NCBI GenBank assembly: GCA_963731655.1
Contig: CAVSWL010000005.1
Coordinates: forward strand, 361,862-425,861
Source: an uncultured Gammaproteobacteria bacterium
GTDB lineage: Bacteria; Pseudomonadota; Gammaproteobacteria; JAAEPA01
Length of the DNA: 64,000 nucleotides
Direction of reading: 5' to 3'
A program made the translations under genes and the position numbers. Positions 31,909-41,356 of this stretch are shown here, piece by piece (position 1 is the first letter of the stretch; every line of letters begins with the position of its first letter). The notes below the pieces were generated by a model, which worked only from the letters and a program-made list of their open reading frames with translations, was not told the DNA's origin and did not search any database.

Positions 31909-32033
31909 AATTCTGCTTGAGTGGCTTCGTCGATAGCGAAGATGAGCGTCGAGCAGCAGAATCTCTCGCTCACAACGTGAATGGAGTGCATGCTGTCAAG
32001 AATGATTTAAAGGTCAAATATCGGCATGAGTAG
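31909..32033 (+). pseudogene. BON-domain (OsmY-like) C-terminal gene remnant
   Basis: In-frame translation EFCLSGFVDSEDERRAAESLAHNVNGVHAVKNDLKVKYRHE* matches the end of a BON domain (...GTVDSEAEKQAAERLARNVPGVKSVNNQLKV). An upstream stop at 31906 removes the rest; no start codon. Confidence 0.35.
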
Positions 32034-32285
32034 CAATTTTCTCAGATGGGTTTCGGGGATAAGACCGCGAAGATACCCTCAACCGCTCCATGCTATGTTG
32101 CGATATCCGGCTGAACCAGCAATTCTAAATGTAGCATGACAACCTAACCTATGGAGCTATTTGTGGAGGCCGAAGGCGGGCTATGGAGGGGACAAGAGGT
32201 TCGAGCGGGGGAAGAGAAATCGCGAAGTAGAGAGTCATCCGGTGACCAGAGGTGACCAGAGGCAAGAGCGGTTCGGAGCTTTGAA

Positions 32286-33964
32286 CCTAGATTCCTCAGT
32301 TGAGAATACAGGTACAATAGCAAGCTGTTGAATCACTGAGATAAAGCTATGGTGTTGCCCCCGAAAGTGCTTCACCCAACAGGTGAAGCCATTTTGTCCG
32401 AAATACGGCCGCTATCCACGGCCATCGAAGTGGAAACCTTTGCAGGAAAAGTCCACGTTGAATGGGATCCGACGGCTGCGGTCACGCCGATCGGTCAGCT
32501 GCCGTTTTTCATCGAGTTTCTAAAACTGGGTCACCGCTTCAACCCCTGGGTAGAGGACTGCCCAGTGCACTACGTCAGTCACAACGCCCCGCAGAAGATC
32601 GATGTGTTGGGTTCGCTATTTTTGTCCATCTTATCGGGCCACAATCGCTATGCTCATATGACAGCCTTAAGGGGAGACAGCGTGAATACCAAGCTCTTGG
32701 GCATGAGCAAAGTGATCAGTGACGATTCGGCCATTCGCGCGCTGAAGCGGATGGACGAAACCGAAGCGGTGCAATGGTTACAAGACCATCTTCAATCCTG
32801 TTACGAACCCTTACTGAGTACCCCCTGGATACTGGACGTCGATGTCACGGTGAAGCCCCTGTACGGTCACCAGGAAGGCGCCAAAGTGGGTTATAACCCG
32901 CACAAACCGGGGCGACCTTCGCATACGTACCACAGCTACATCATGGCCAATACCCGTTTGGTACTGGAGGTGAATGTCTTGCCGGGCGATGAGTCCCATG
33001 CCTGTCACTCCCTGCCGGGATTGATCGATCTACTGAAACGCCTCCCCGAAGACTGCCAGCCGGCTTTTATCCGGGGCGATTGTGAGTGGGGCAATGATCC
33101 GGTGATGAGCGAACTGGAAGCGATGGATCGGCGTTATCTGTTCAAACTGAAACGCTCCAACCGCGTCAAGGAGCTGATCGCCCAGGTGCATGGACAGGGG
33201 GTATGGACCCGATTCAATGAGGAATGGGAATTGAAAGAAAGCACCCTGCAACTGCAGGGGTGGCAACGAGCACGGCGCGTGGTGGTGGCGCGGCGGCGCT
33301 TGGCGAAAGATCCTCTGATCGGTCTTGAATACCCGCAGGGTGGCCAACGTGAACTCGCTTTGGTTGAGGGTCCCGAAGATCTGCGGCTGTATGAATACAG
33401 TGTCCTGGTGACGAACCTCGAGGATGAGTTGATCACGCTGATGCGCCATTACCGTGACCGCGCCGATTGCGAAAACAACTTCGATGAAGCGAAAAACCAG
33501 TGGGGCTGGGGCGGCTTTGTCACCCGAAAGCTGCAAACCAGTCAAATCATGGCGCGGCTGGTGGCCTTAATCTATAACTGGTGGAACCTGTTTGTCCGTC
33601 TGGCCATTCCGCATAAGCACCATGAAGCCATCACGAGTCGCCCGCTGTTACTGAGCAGTGTGGGGCGGCTCACTGAGAGCGCCAGGCAACGGCGCATGGT
33701 CATCACTTCGACACACGGTGAGACGACCACCATCCAACGTGCCTATCAGCGGGTTCACGCCTTCTTCTCTTGGTTGAAAGCTACTGCGCCGCAGTTGACC
33801 CCAAGCGAGTGCTGGCAAGTCATTGTGAGGAAATCGATGGAGCTGTTTATGGGAAAGGGTCCGCCAACGAGACTCCCCCAGCCACTGTAAGATCGGTTTG
33901 GCGAATCGGGGTGGAATTACATGCTGATCCTTAAGATCTGGCAGGGCTAACTGAGGATTTTAGG
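32286..33964 (+). mobile_element. IS1380-family (ISEcp1-like) insertion sequence, about 1.68 kb
   Basis: Left end CCTAGATTCCTCAGTT (32286-32301); its imperfect inverse (CCTAAAATCCTCAGTT) is at the right end (33949-33964). CCTAGATTC matches the ISEcp1 IRL start as I recall it. Flanks TTGAA / TTGAT could be a 4-5 bp target duplication. One transposase ORF inside. Confidence 0.7.
32349..33890 (+). CDS. IS1380-family DDE transposase
   Basis: 513 aa. YGHQEGAKVGYNPHKPG and YRDRADCENNFDEAKNQWGWGGF blocks align with ISEcp1 TnpA (EGHQEGASKGYNPKKLG / YEKRGNAENYIKEAKYDMAVGHL). Confidence 0.85.
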   Translation: MVLPPKVLHPTGEAILSEIRPLSTAIEVETFAGKVHVEWDPTAAVTPIGQLPFFIEFLKLGHRFNPWVEDCPVHYVSHNAPQKIDVLGSLFLSILSGHNRYAHMTALRGDSVNTKLLGMSKVISDDSAIRALKRMDETEAVQWLQDHLQSCYEPLLSTPWILDVDVTVKPLYGHQEGAKVGYNPHKPGRPSHTYHSYIMANTRLVLEVNVLPGDESHACHSLPGLIDLLKRLPEDCQPAFIRGDCEWGNDPVMSELEAMDRRYLFKLKRSNRVKELIAQVHGQGVWTRFNEEWELKESTLQLQGWQRARRVVVARRRLAKDPLIGLEYPQGGQRELALVEGPEDLRLYEYSVLVTNLEDELITLMRHYRDRADCENNFDEAKNQWGWGGFVTRKLQTSQIMARLVALIYNWWNLFVRLAIPHKHHEAITSRPLLLSSVGRLTESARQRRMVITSTHGETTTIQRAYQRVHAFFSWLKATAPQLTPSECWQVIVRKSMELFMGKGPPTRLPQPL

Positions 33965-34507
33965 TTGATGCCAGCTTTTGTGGTGCGTGATGCTGCGGTT
34001 GTTACAGTGGATAGTGGATGAACGGAAGTACTGGGTCCCATCTAGGGCGACCAACAGATCTCCGTTGATCGAGCGATAGGTCTCCAGATGTCCCAACTCC
34101 TGTCGAGGGGCCAGTGGGCAAACCCGCACGTAAGCATCCAAAGCGTCCTGTCGACGGTTTCGAATGCTATCGCCGTGAAGTAAGCGGCAAGCGCCTGTGG
34201 GCTAGGCACGTAGCACTTTTATGATACACCGGAACCTTTCTTCGCTCGCTTCTTTGTCGTCAACTATTGTCCGCTGTGCGTTCTTGAAGCAAGCGGTCGC
34301 ACCCGCACACCGGACCCGACTACCGACTGCGGAACGTCGATCCCTGTTTGCCGCCTGCGATCTGGCGTTGTGGCAAACGGTCGATTTTCTGTCACCGCCT
34401 GCGTGACGGCCGTGGTAGGCGATAGGGGTGTGACGGTGGGTGCCGCGCTCCATCCCGGTCCTGCGAATCCCGCGGCCAATCGGGGATGGGAACAAGCCTT
34501 CAGTGCC

Positions 34508-34518
34508 GCTTTGGAGGC
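34508..34518. repeat. Left copy of 11-bp direct repeat GCTTTGGAGGC flanking the ISAs1-family element (putative target-site duplication)
   Basis: Identical 11-mer at 36442-36452, directly abutting the element ends. Confidence 0.55.
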
Positions 34519-36441
34519 CACGGCGGATTCACACTAATCCAAGATTCTTAATGAAAATATAAAGCTATCCCCTAATTCTGGACAAACCGCGCGAGTTGGG
34601 GTAAAAAGTGACCCTTTAACACACTGGACGAGTGGCAGTTTGCAATATTCATCCCTGGAGGTAATCCCCGTTCATCGCGCACAGGAGCCCATTTTTCAGC
34701 GTCTCATGCAGACGCATCACTATCTTGGCGCCCTGCCGAAGATCGGGCACACGATTTGGTACGCTGCCCTCGCCGAGGGTCAGTGGTTGGCGCTGTTAAG
34801 TTTTTCAGCGCCCGCGCTGAAATGTTCCGCCAGGGATGAGTGGATCGGGTGGAGTTACCGCCATCAGTATGACCGGCTCAATCTCGTCGCGAATAACTCC
34901 CGTTTCCTGATCCTGCCGGGACATCACGGAAAGAATCTGGCCTCACGGATCTTGTCGCAGTGTCGACGCCGGATTCAGCAAGATTGGCAGAACGCTTTCG
35001 GCTACCCCCTGCTGCTGTTGGAAACCTTTGTGGATTCTGAGCGTTACCCGGGCACCGTCTACCGCGCCTCCAACTGGGTATTCGTGGGTTCAACCAAAGG
35101 GTACCGGCGCACCCGCGAGGGTTACAGTAAGCGCACCCAATCCCCCAAGCGGGTCTTTTTGCAGCCACTACAACGCAATGCACGCAAACTGCTGTCTCGT
35201 CCGCTACTCAATGAACGTTACCAGACAGGAGGAGCGAGAATGAAGTTGACAGCCCAACAGATGTTATCCCTTCGCGATTTTTTTAATGACATCGATGATC
35301 CGCGTCGAGCGCAAGGAAAGAAGCATTCACTGGCTAGCGTACTGGCGCTGGCCACCGCTGCGGTACTGTGCGGGATGCGTGGCTATAAGGATATCTCGCT
35401 GTGGGTGCAATCGCTTGGCCAGAAGGCGCGCAGCCGTTTCAAGTGCCGCAAACGAAATGGGCAATACGAGGTGCCCAGTCGCACGGTCATTCGCAATGCC
35501 TTGATTGGGGTCGATCCCGAGCAGTTGGACCAGGCCTTGAACGCCTGGAATGCTCAATATGGCCACCTCGATGAGAGCTTGGCCATTGATGGAAAGACGA
35601 TGTGTAATGCCATCGACGAGCAGGGTCGACAAACCCATATCATGAGTGCGATTGGCCACCAAAGTGGTCAGTGCTACACCCAAAAAAAGTCGGCACCTTG
35701 CCGGTAGCCGGCGGTGACGAAGAAAAACAGACCAACGAGATCAAGATGGCCGCGCCGATGCTCGATGCCATTGCGATCGAAGGCAGAACCATCACCGCCG
35801 ATGCCTTGCTCACCCAGCGTGAGTTCGCGCGATACCTGGTAGAACAACGCCAGGCCCATTATCACTTCACGGTCAAAGGCAATCAGCCTGAATTACTCGA
35901 AGACCTCACCTTCTATTTTCAGAGCCAACGCCAAGCGGCCGATTTTATCCACACCGGTGACGGCGAGCACGGCCGAATTGAAACGCGAAAGATCGGGGTG
36001 ACCACCCAACTGAATGCCTATCTCAACTTCCCCCATGTGCATCAGGCCTTTATGATCGAGCGAGAAGTCATCGATAAAAAGACCGGCAAGCTCAGTCAAG
36101 AGGTGGTTTACGGCATCACCAGCAAGCCGGCCGATCAAGCCGACCCGCAACAGGTGCTTGAGGATAACCGGGGACATTGGCGCGTGGAAAGCTGCCACTA
36201 CATGATCGACTGGAACTATGACGAAGACCGAAGCCACATTCGCACCGGCTTCGGACCTGAAAACATCACCCGATTGCGACGATTTGCCATCGGCTTGCTC
36301 AAAACTAAGCAGCGAAACGAGACAATCCCGGAAATGATGAAGAAACTGTTGTTGAATATCCGCACCGTCTTCGACTACCTGAAAATGACTCGAAACTCTA
36401 ACCCTCTCCTATCTGGTTAGGCGTTAGCGTAGATTTGCCGT
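34519..36441 (+). mobile_element. ISAs1-family insertion sequence, about 1.9 kb
   Basis: Bounded by the 11-bp direct repeat. Imperfect terminal inverted repeats (ACGGCGGATTCACACTAA... versus the complement of ...TTAGCGTAGATTTGCCGT, about 14/21 match). Carries an ISAs1-type transposase. Confidence 0.65.
34640..36420 (+). CDS. ISAs1-family transposase with about 190-aa N-terminal extension, split into two frames at an A_AAA_AAG heptamer (35683-35689)
   Basis: ORF 34640..35707 contains the ISAs1 N-terminal HTH block (DPRRAQGKKHSLASVLALATAAVLCGMRGYKDISLW). ORF 35671..36420 (-1 frame) contains KSNEI-like TNEIKMAAPMLD and the DDE C-terminal signature NRGHWRVESCHYMIDWNYDEDRSHIRTGFGPENITRLRRFAIGLLK. 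A -1 slip on A AAA AAG gives the contiguous ...YTQKKVGTLPV... Confidence 0.75.
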
Positions 36442-36452
36442 GCTTTGGAGGC
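36442..36452. repeat. Right copy of 11-bp direct repeat GCTTTGGAGGC (putative TSD of the ISAs1-family element)
   Basis: Identical to 34508-34518. Confidence 0.55.
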
Positions 36453-36539
36453 ACTCGATATTGATCTCTGCGTAAACTGAGCCGCCGTCTCATCAAGCGG
36501 ACTGCGGCGGGTATCGCCGACCCAACCAGTACCGTCAAG

Positions 36540-38414
36540 TTATAGCCCGGGATGGCTGCCACCGTGTCCCAACGCCAGAGCCGCCGTAATATAGGACAAG
36601 TGCGTCAGTCCTTGAGGGAAATTCGACCATTGTCGATCAGCCTGCGGGTCGAATTGTTCGGAGAATAAGCCTAGATCGTTGGCGGTGCCCGCTGCGCGGT
36701 CGAATACCGCGCAAGCCTCGGGAAGACGTCGCTGGTAGGCAAAGCATTCTGCTAGCCAGAACGAGCAAGCCAGAAACGCCCCCTCGGGTCCCGGCAATCC
36801 GTCTGGTGAGTTATAGCGCAGCAGGAGCCCGTCGCAATCCAGGCCCGAGCGGATCGCATCCGTTGTCCGCAGCATGCGCGCGTCGCGATATTCGATAAAC
36901 CCTACACCGGGTATCCTCAACAGGGCGGCGTCGAGATAGTCGTTTTCGAATGCTTGAACGAATATGCCGCGCTCGCTATCGTAACCGTGTTTCTCCACGG
37001 CCTGGCGAACCGCCTTGCGCGCCTGCCGCCAGCGATCCACGGGCGCTTTGCGTTCTAGTTCCTCGGCTAGAGTGATACCACGGTTGAGCGCGCTCCAACA
37101 CATCACCTTGGAGTGCACATAATTGAGCGGTTCGCCGCGCATTTCCCAAATACCGTGGTCGGGATCGCTCCAGTGCGCACAGGCGCGATCGACGAGGTCC
37201 ACAAGGAAGTTCCAGTAGTCTTCTGAAGAAACGTGACCGCGCCTATGCCACAGCCAGGAGAGTTCCAGCATTTCGCCGAGGATATCGAGCTGAAGTTGCT
37301 CTGAGGCGCGGTTGCCCACACGCACGGGCTGCGCTCCCCAGTAGCCTTGCAGATGGTCGAGTTCGATTTCCCGCAGGCGACGCCCTCCATCAACGGCATA
37401 CAGTGTATGCAACTGTGCGGCGCTGCCCGCCGTAGTCCGTTCGATGAAGCGGCGGAACTGGTAAGCCTCCTCATCGCAACCGATCTTTACCAGTGCATTG
37501 GCGGTGAACGTAGCGTCACGCACCCAGCTATAGCGGTAATCCCAAGTTCGGGTGCCTGGCAGTCCCTCCGGCAACGAGGTGGTGGGTGCAGCGATTATAG
37601 CCCCGGTAGGCGCGTAACTGAGCGCCTTGAGGACGATCGCGGAACGCCGGATGCCTATAGCGGAAACATTGTCATTCGTGTTGATCCTTCGGCTCCAGCG
37701 TTGCCACCATTGACAAGTCTGATCAAACAACGCGTCCAGGTGATGCATCTTCAGCACTTGAACGGGTCCTTGATCTAGGCGCTCCGGTTTTGAGAACTGT
37801 ATACAGAGGTGTTTGCGCTCCCCCGCACTGACGCGCACCCTAGCGCTGAGAGAGTAGCGGTTATCCTTCTGCAGCCCCACATCGCCGTGGATAACCAGTC
37901 CATCTGACCCGCCGACCGCAGTAAACCTATCATTGCCGTGCTGACGTAACCATGGCTTAATGTCGCCGAAATTGAAACGCGGCTGAATCTCTATCTTAAC
38001 CTCAACAATTCCTTGCAGACCTTCGATAATACGCAGCAGCCGGCGGTGCGGACCGGCCGCATCGTCCTGCATTATAGTGAGCAAATCATAGACTTGCATC
38101 GCGCTGTCTTGCGTTTCGAACCGGGTGCATAACACCATGCTGTCTTCGATATAGGACCGGCTTACGTGCATCCCCGCCTGCATCGGTGCAATTTGGCAGT
38201 AACCGCCCCGGTTCCAGTCCAGTAGACGACCGAAACAGGGCTCGGAATCAAATCGCGGTAGACAGCACCAGTCCACCGATCCGCTACGGGATATCAGCGC
38301 GGCGCAATTGCAGTCACTGATCAAGGCATAGTCTGCAATGGGTGCTGCCTGGTCCGGCTGCGAAACACCTTCTGGCTGCCTGGTGGTCGTATACATAAAA
38401 GTATCCCTTTGCAT
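36540..38414 (-). CDS. Glycoside hydrolase family 15 (glucoamylase/trehalase-like)
   Basis: About 625 aa from ATG 38414 (MQRDTFMYTTTRQ...; the track ORF extends further upstream). N-terminal PIADYALISDCNCAALISRSGSVDWCCLPRFDS. Catalytic-domain motifs TTSLPE and YRYSWVRDATFTANAL. Confidence 0.8.
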   Translation of the reverse strand: MQRDTFMYTTTRQPEGVSQPDQAAPIADYALISDCNCAALISRSGSVDWCCLPRFDSEPCFGRLLDWNRGGYCQIAPMQAGMHVSRSYIEDSMVLCTRFETQDSAMQVYDLLTIMQDDAAGPHRRLLRIIEGLQGIVEVKIEIQPRFNFGDIKPWLRQHGNDRFTAVGGSDGLVIHGDVGLQKDNRYSLSARVRVSAGERKHLCIQFSKPERLDQGPVQVLKMHHLDALFDQTCQWWQRWSRRINTNDNVSAIGIRRSAIVLKALSYAPTGAIIAAPTTSLPEGLPGTRTWDYRYSWVRDATFTANALVKIGCDEEAYQFRRFIERTTAGSAAQLHTLYAVDGGRRLREIELDHLQGYWGAQPVRVGNRASEQLQLDILGEMLELSWLWHRRGHVSSEDYWNFLVDLVDRACAHWSDPDHGIWEMRGEPLNYVHSKVMCWSALNRGITLAEELERKAPVDRWRQARKAVRQAVEKHGYDSERGIFVQAFENDYLDAALLRIPGVGFIEYRDARMLRTTDAIRSGLDCDGLLLRYNSPDGLPGPEGAFLACSFWLAECFAYQRRLPEACAVFDRAAGTANDLGLFSEQFDPQADRQWSNFPQGLTHLSYITAALALGHGGSHPGL

Positions 38415-38793
38415 AGTGAGTTCCGAGGTGTGAATGGACTTCTGCCGGTCATCGCGACAGAGGAGCCCCCGACCTCTGGTAGATTCCATACCGGCCATTC
38501 CCGAGCCGGCTGCTATTGGCGCCGTGAAACCGATCGTGCCCGATAGTGTGTGTCTTAGCTCAATCCTCCGGCGCCGTCCACCAGCCAACGTTTATTAGAA
38601 CACCGAAACATCATCCTACATGGCGCCATCCCGACAAGCACTTCGCAGCGGTCGAAAAGGGGATCGTAGTGCTTGGCAGAGTTGGCGAACAGGCGAAGGA
38701 CTATCGTTGCTTGCATTTCGCGATAATGCTGTCGAGGTGCAGATCTTTGTCGAGGTGCAGATCTTCGAACGCTTTGTTGCAGTCGTTGCGGCA

Positions 38794-40002
38794 TTAAGAA
38801 GACTCCGGTGAGCTATCCATCCGTGGCTTGGCAAGCGTAGTTTTTTCAACATCAGCGGCGGGGAGATAGCGGGCGATGAGGACATCGGTCGTCGAGTGCA
38901 CGAGGATCGACAAGGTAACCACAACCGCGGCTAAGTGAAATAATAGGTTGGCATCCGGAATATCTTCGACAACGATGAGCAGAGCGAATACCACCGAGGC
39001 GAAGCCTTTTGGCCCGAACCAAGCCGCCGCCGCCCACTCCTTGAAGGGCAGCCGCCCACCGAGGAAGGAGAGCCCCAGCGCCACCGGCCTTGCCAGGACA
39101 AGCGTTAGTCCGGCAAAGAAATAACCGCTGAATGAGACCTCACGTAAGAAATCGATTGAAATGAGCATCCCAAATAACAGGATGGCCGCGAGTTTCAGCA
39201 GTTCCGTAACGAGTTCACCAAACTCTTCAAAGCGCTCACGGATTCGTGGTCCCAGATTGGCGAGCACGATGCCGGCGGTGAAAGCGCCAAGGAAAGTGTT
39301 TGTGTGAGTTATCGAAGTCATAGACAACACGATCAGGCCAATAGCGACGGCCAACAGCGGCTCATAGAGTAGTGCTGAGGAAAAAAAACGCCCTTTTTCC
39401 AGCCATATCGCAGTCCATGGAATTACCAATCCGATTGCGATTCCCAGCACGAGCTCCAGGATGATCTTACCGAGATGGAGTGGATTCTCGCCTATCTGAC
39501 TCAACAGGATCAGAACGAATGGCAGGGCTAACCCATCGTTCAGGCCGCTTTCCAGATTGAGCAACCGCCGCAGGCGCAACGGGATTTCTTTCCGGCCAAC
39601 AATGGCACCTGCCAACACGGGATCCGTGGGGCTCAGTACGGCGGCCAGCAGCAAAGCCTCGTTCCAAGGCAAGCCCACGATAAAATGCGCGAGTACTCCA
39701 ATCAAAGCCAGCGTGAGCGGCATTCCAAGGAATAATGCCCGGGCGGGAAGGCGCCAGGTGTGCCTTATTTCGTTAATCTGCACGCGCATTCCATCTGTAA
39801 ACAGGACGCTGAACAAGGCTAATTCAGACAATAGGCGTACCTGATCCTCGCCAGGCTTTACCTCGGTGATGTTCAAGACGCCGCCGGTAATGAAACCGGC
39901 CAGCAGGAAAAGCACCGCGGTCGAGAGGACGCTGCGCTGGGCCAATTCCGATATCAGCACGGCGATCAGCAGCACGACAGAGAAAATCAGGAGCATTATC
40001 AT
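38794..40002 (-). CDS. CPA1-family Na+/H+ (cation:proton) antiporter
   Basis: 402 aa, about 12 TM. Na_H_Exchanger pattern (LFSVLFTDGMRVQ, LNLESGLNDGLALPFV). Confidence 0.8.
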   Translation of the reverse strand: MIMLLIFSVVLLIAVLISELAQRSVLSTAVLFLLAGFITGGVLNITEVKPGEDQVRLLSELALFSVLFTDGMRVQINEIRHTWRLPARALFLGMPLTLALIGVLAHFIVGLPWNEALLLAAVLSPTDPVLAGAIVGRKEIPLRLRRLLNLESGLNDGLALPFVLILLSQIGENPLHLGKIILELVLGIAIGLVIPWTAIWLEKGRFFSSALLYEPLLAVAIGLIVLSMTSITHTNTFLGAFTAGIVLANLGPRIRERFEEFGELVTELLKLAAILLFGMLISIDFLREVSFSGYFFAGLTLVLARPVALGLSFLGGRLPFKEWAAAAWFGPKGFASVVFALLIVVEDIPDANLLFHLAAVVVTLSILVHSTTDVLIARYLPAADVEKTTLAKPRMDSSPESS

Positions 40003-40040
40003 GCGGTATGGTGCTCACGCTCGAGATCACGCACCGAATG

Positions 40041-40778
40041 CTAGTACGACCGGCTCATTCCAACACCATGTGCTCCTGCTTCTTGTGGGTGATGCCGCGC
40101 ATGTCCATGTCCATGCGCAGGGTGGGTCATGTGCCGCGGATCGTGCATGCCTTCCTTGATGCCGAGCTTGATCAAGATAAGGTTAACCGGGTACGCGGCG
40201 ACGAGACCGGCAGAGAGCGAAATAACGAGCGACGACCAGAACAAAACATCGCTCATGGTCGAGTTGCGCCCCAGCCACAGGTCGACGGCGATCGCGACGA
40301 TTTCCATCATAGTAATGCTTGCGGTCTCACTATAGACGGCATCCTTGAGGGCCTCACCGAAGCTTTCCCCGTCATCCATCAACGGTTTCATCGTGAGAAT
40401 AAATCCAGCGACGTAAGCAAGAATAAACGTGATGATCGCCACGGGCCAGTTGCCGAGAGAAAACACGCCAACCGAAATGATCACGCCGACAATTTCACCG
40501 ATTCCGCAGCCGGAATAGCAGTGGGAGACGGAGCGGAATCCTTTCCGCCAGAGCGAATCGCGCCGAATCTGCTTGCGACCCGAATAATAATAGATTGCAA
40601 GGCCTATCGGGCCCGAATACGCCACCGTGAGGATCCAGACGAGGCGCATAACCGGCATCATTTCGGGATTCCGCTTGCGGAGATCCCAGATGAGATGCGC
40701 AACGCACAGCACGTCGATCACCACCCACGCAGCGAGAATTTCGGGTTGGGAAAGAAAATCGCGGATCGAATCTGTCAT
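40041..40778 (-). CDS. DUF4396-type membrane protein with His-rich C-terminal tail
   Basis: Start MTDSIRDF at 40778 with GAGGT RBS. Several TM helices. C-terminus HDPRHMTHPAHGHGHARHHPQEAGAHG. 38 nt downstream is the CPA1 antiporter on the same strand. Confidence 0.6.
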   Translation of the reverse strand: MTDSIRDFLSQPEILAAWVVIDVLCVAHLIWDLRKRNPEMMPVMRLVWILTVAYSGPIGLAIYYYSGRKQIRRDSLWRKGFRSVSHCYSGCGIGEIVGVIISVGVFSLGNWPVAIITFILAYVAGFILTMKPLMDDGESFGEALKDAVYSETASITMMEIVAIAVDLWLGRNSTMSDVLFWSSLVISLSAGLVAAYPVNLILIKLGIKEGMHDPRHMTHPAHGHGHARHHPQEAGAHGVGMSRSY

Positions 40779-41356
40779 GGCAGAACCTCGCTTTAGCACT
40801 ATGCAAGAAATTAATCGTTTAATAGCTCAGAGGCAAAAACTAAGCCATGCGACGATCACAAACCCTAAGCTGATGTTGTAGAGGCTTGTTCTAGGGAACC
40901 GCTTGCCGAATTTGTAAAATTTACAAACTTTTTTACCATTCAACGCGTTGTTTGTTAATGAGCGAGCGGCAACGCTTGCGAATGACTAACTCGCACCGTG
41001 CAAACCTTAATCAATCCCCGTGTAGAAGTCTTATGCATGCAGTGGATATTCATATTGCGACATACGCAGTTCACGGCTGTGAGGTGATTGAAAAATCGCA
41101 ATGCCTATATTGATTAGCTGTGAATAATAACCCCAGTGTACAGTTCATTCGTTGGATGCGCCATCAGGGTTCGTAACGACTACCTCGTCCGCCCAGTTTT
41201 ATTAACGGGCCGCACCGAGGCCGCCAGGTGGGATATCGATACGTTTTTGCGGACATGTCGGGGACAAACCGCAGACCTTCATTCATCAAAGAAACGAGGC
41301 ATCGTCATGCCAGGACAGCTACGAACGTTAATTTGCAATGCTTCGAGGAGTAAGTC

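Noticed and set aside
37103-37778. Overlapping 123-aa and 143-aa ORFs inside the GH15 gene
   Set aside because: They lie inside and out of frame with (or antisense to) a full-length, motif-bearing GH15 coding sequence.
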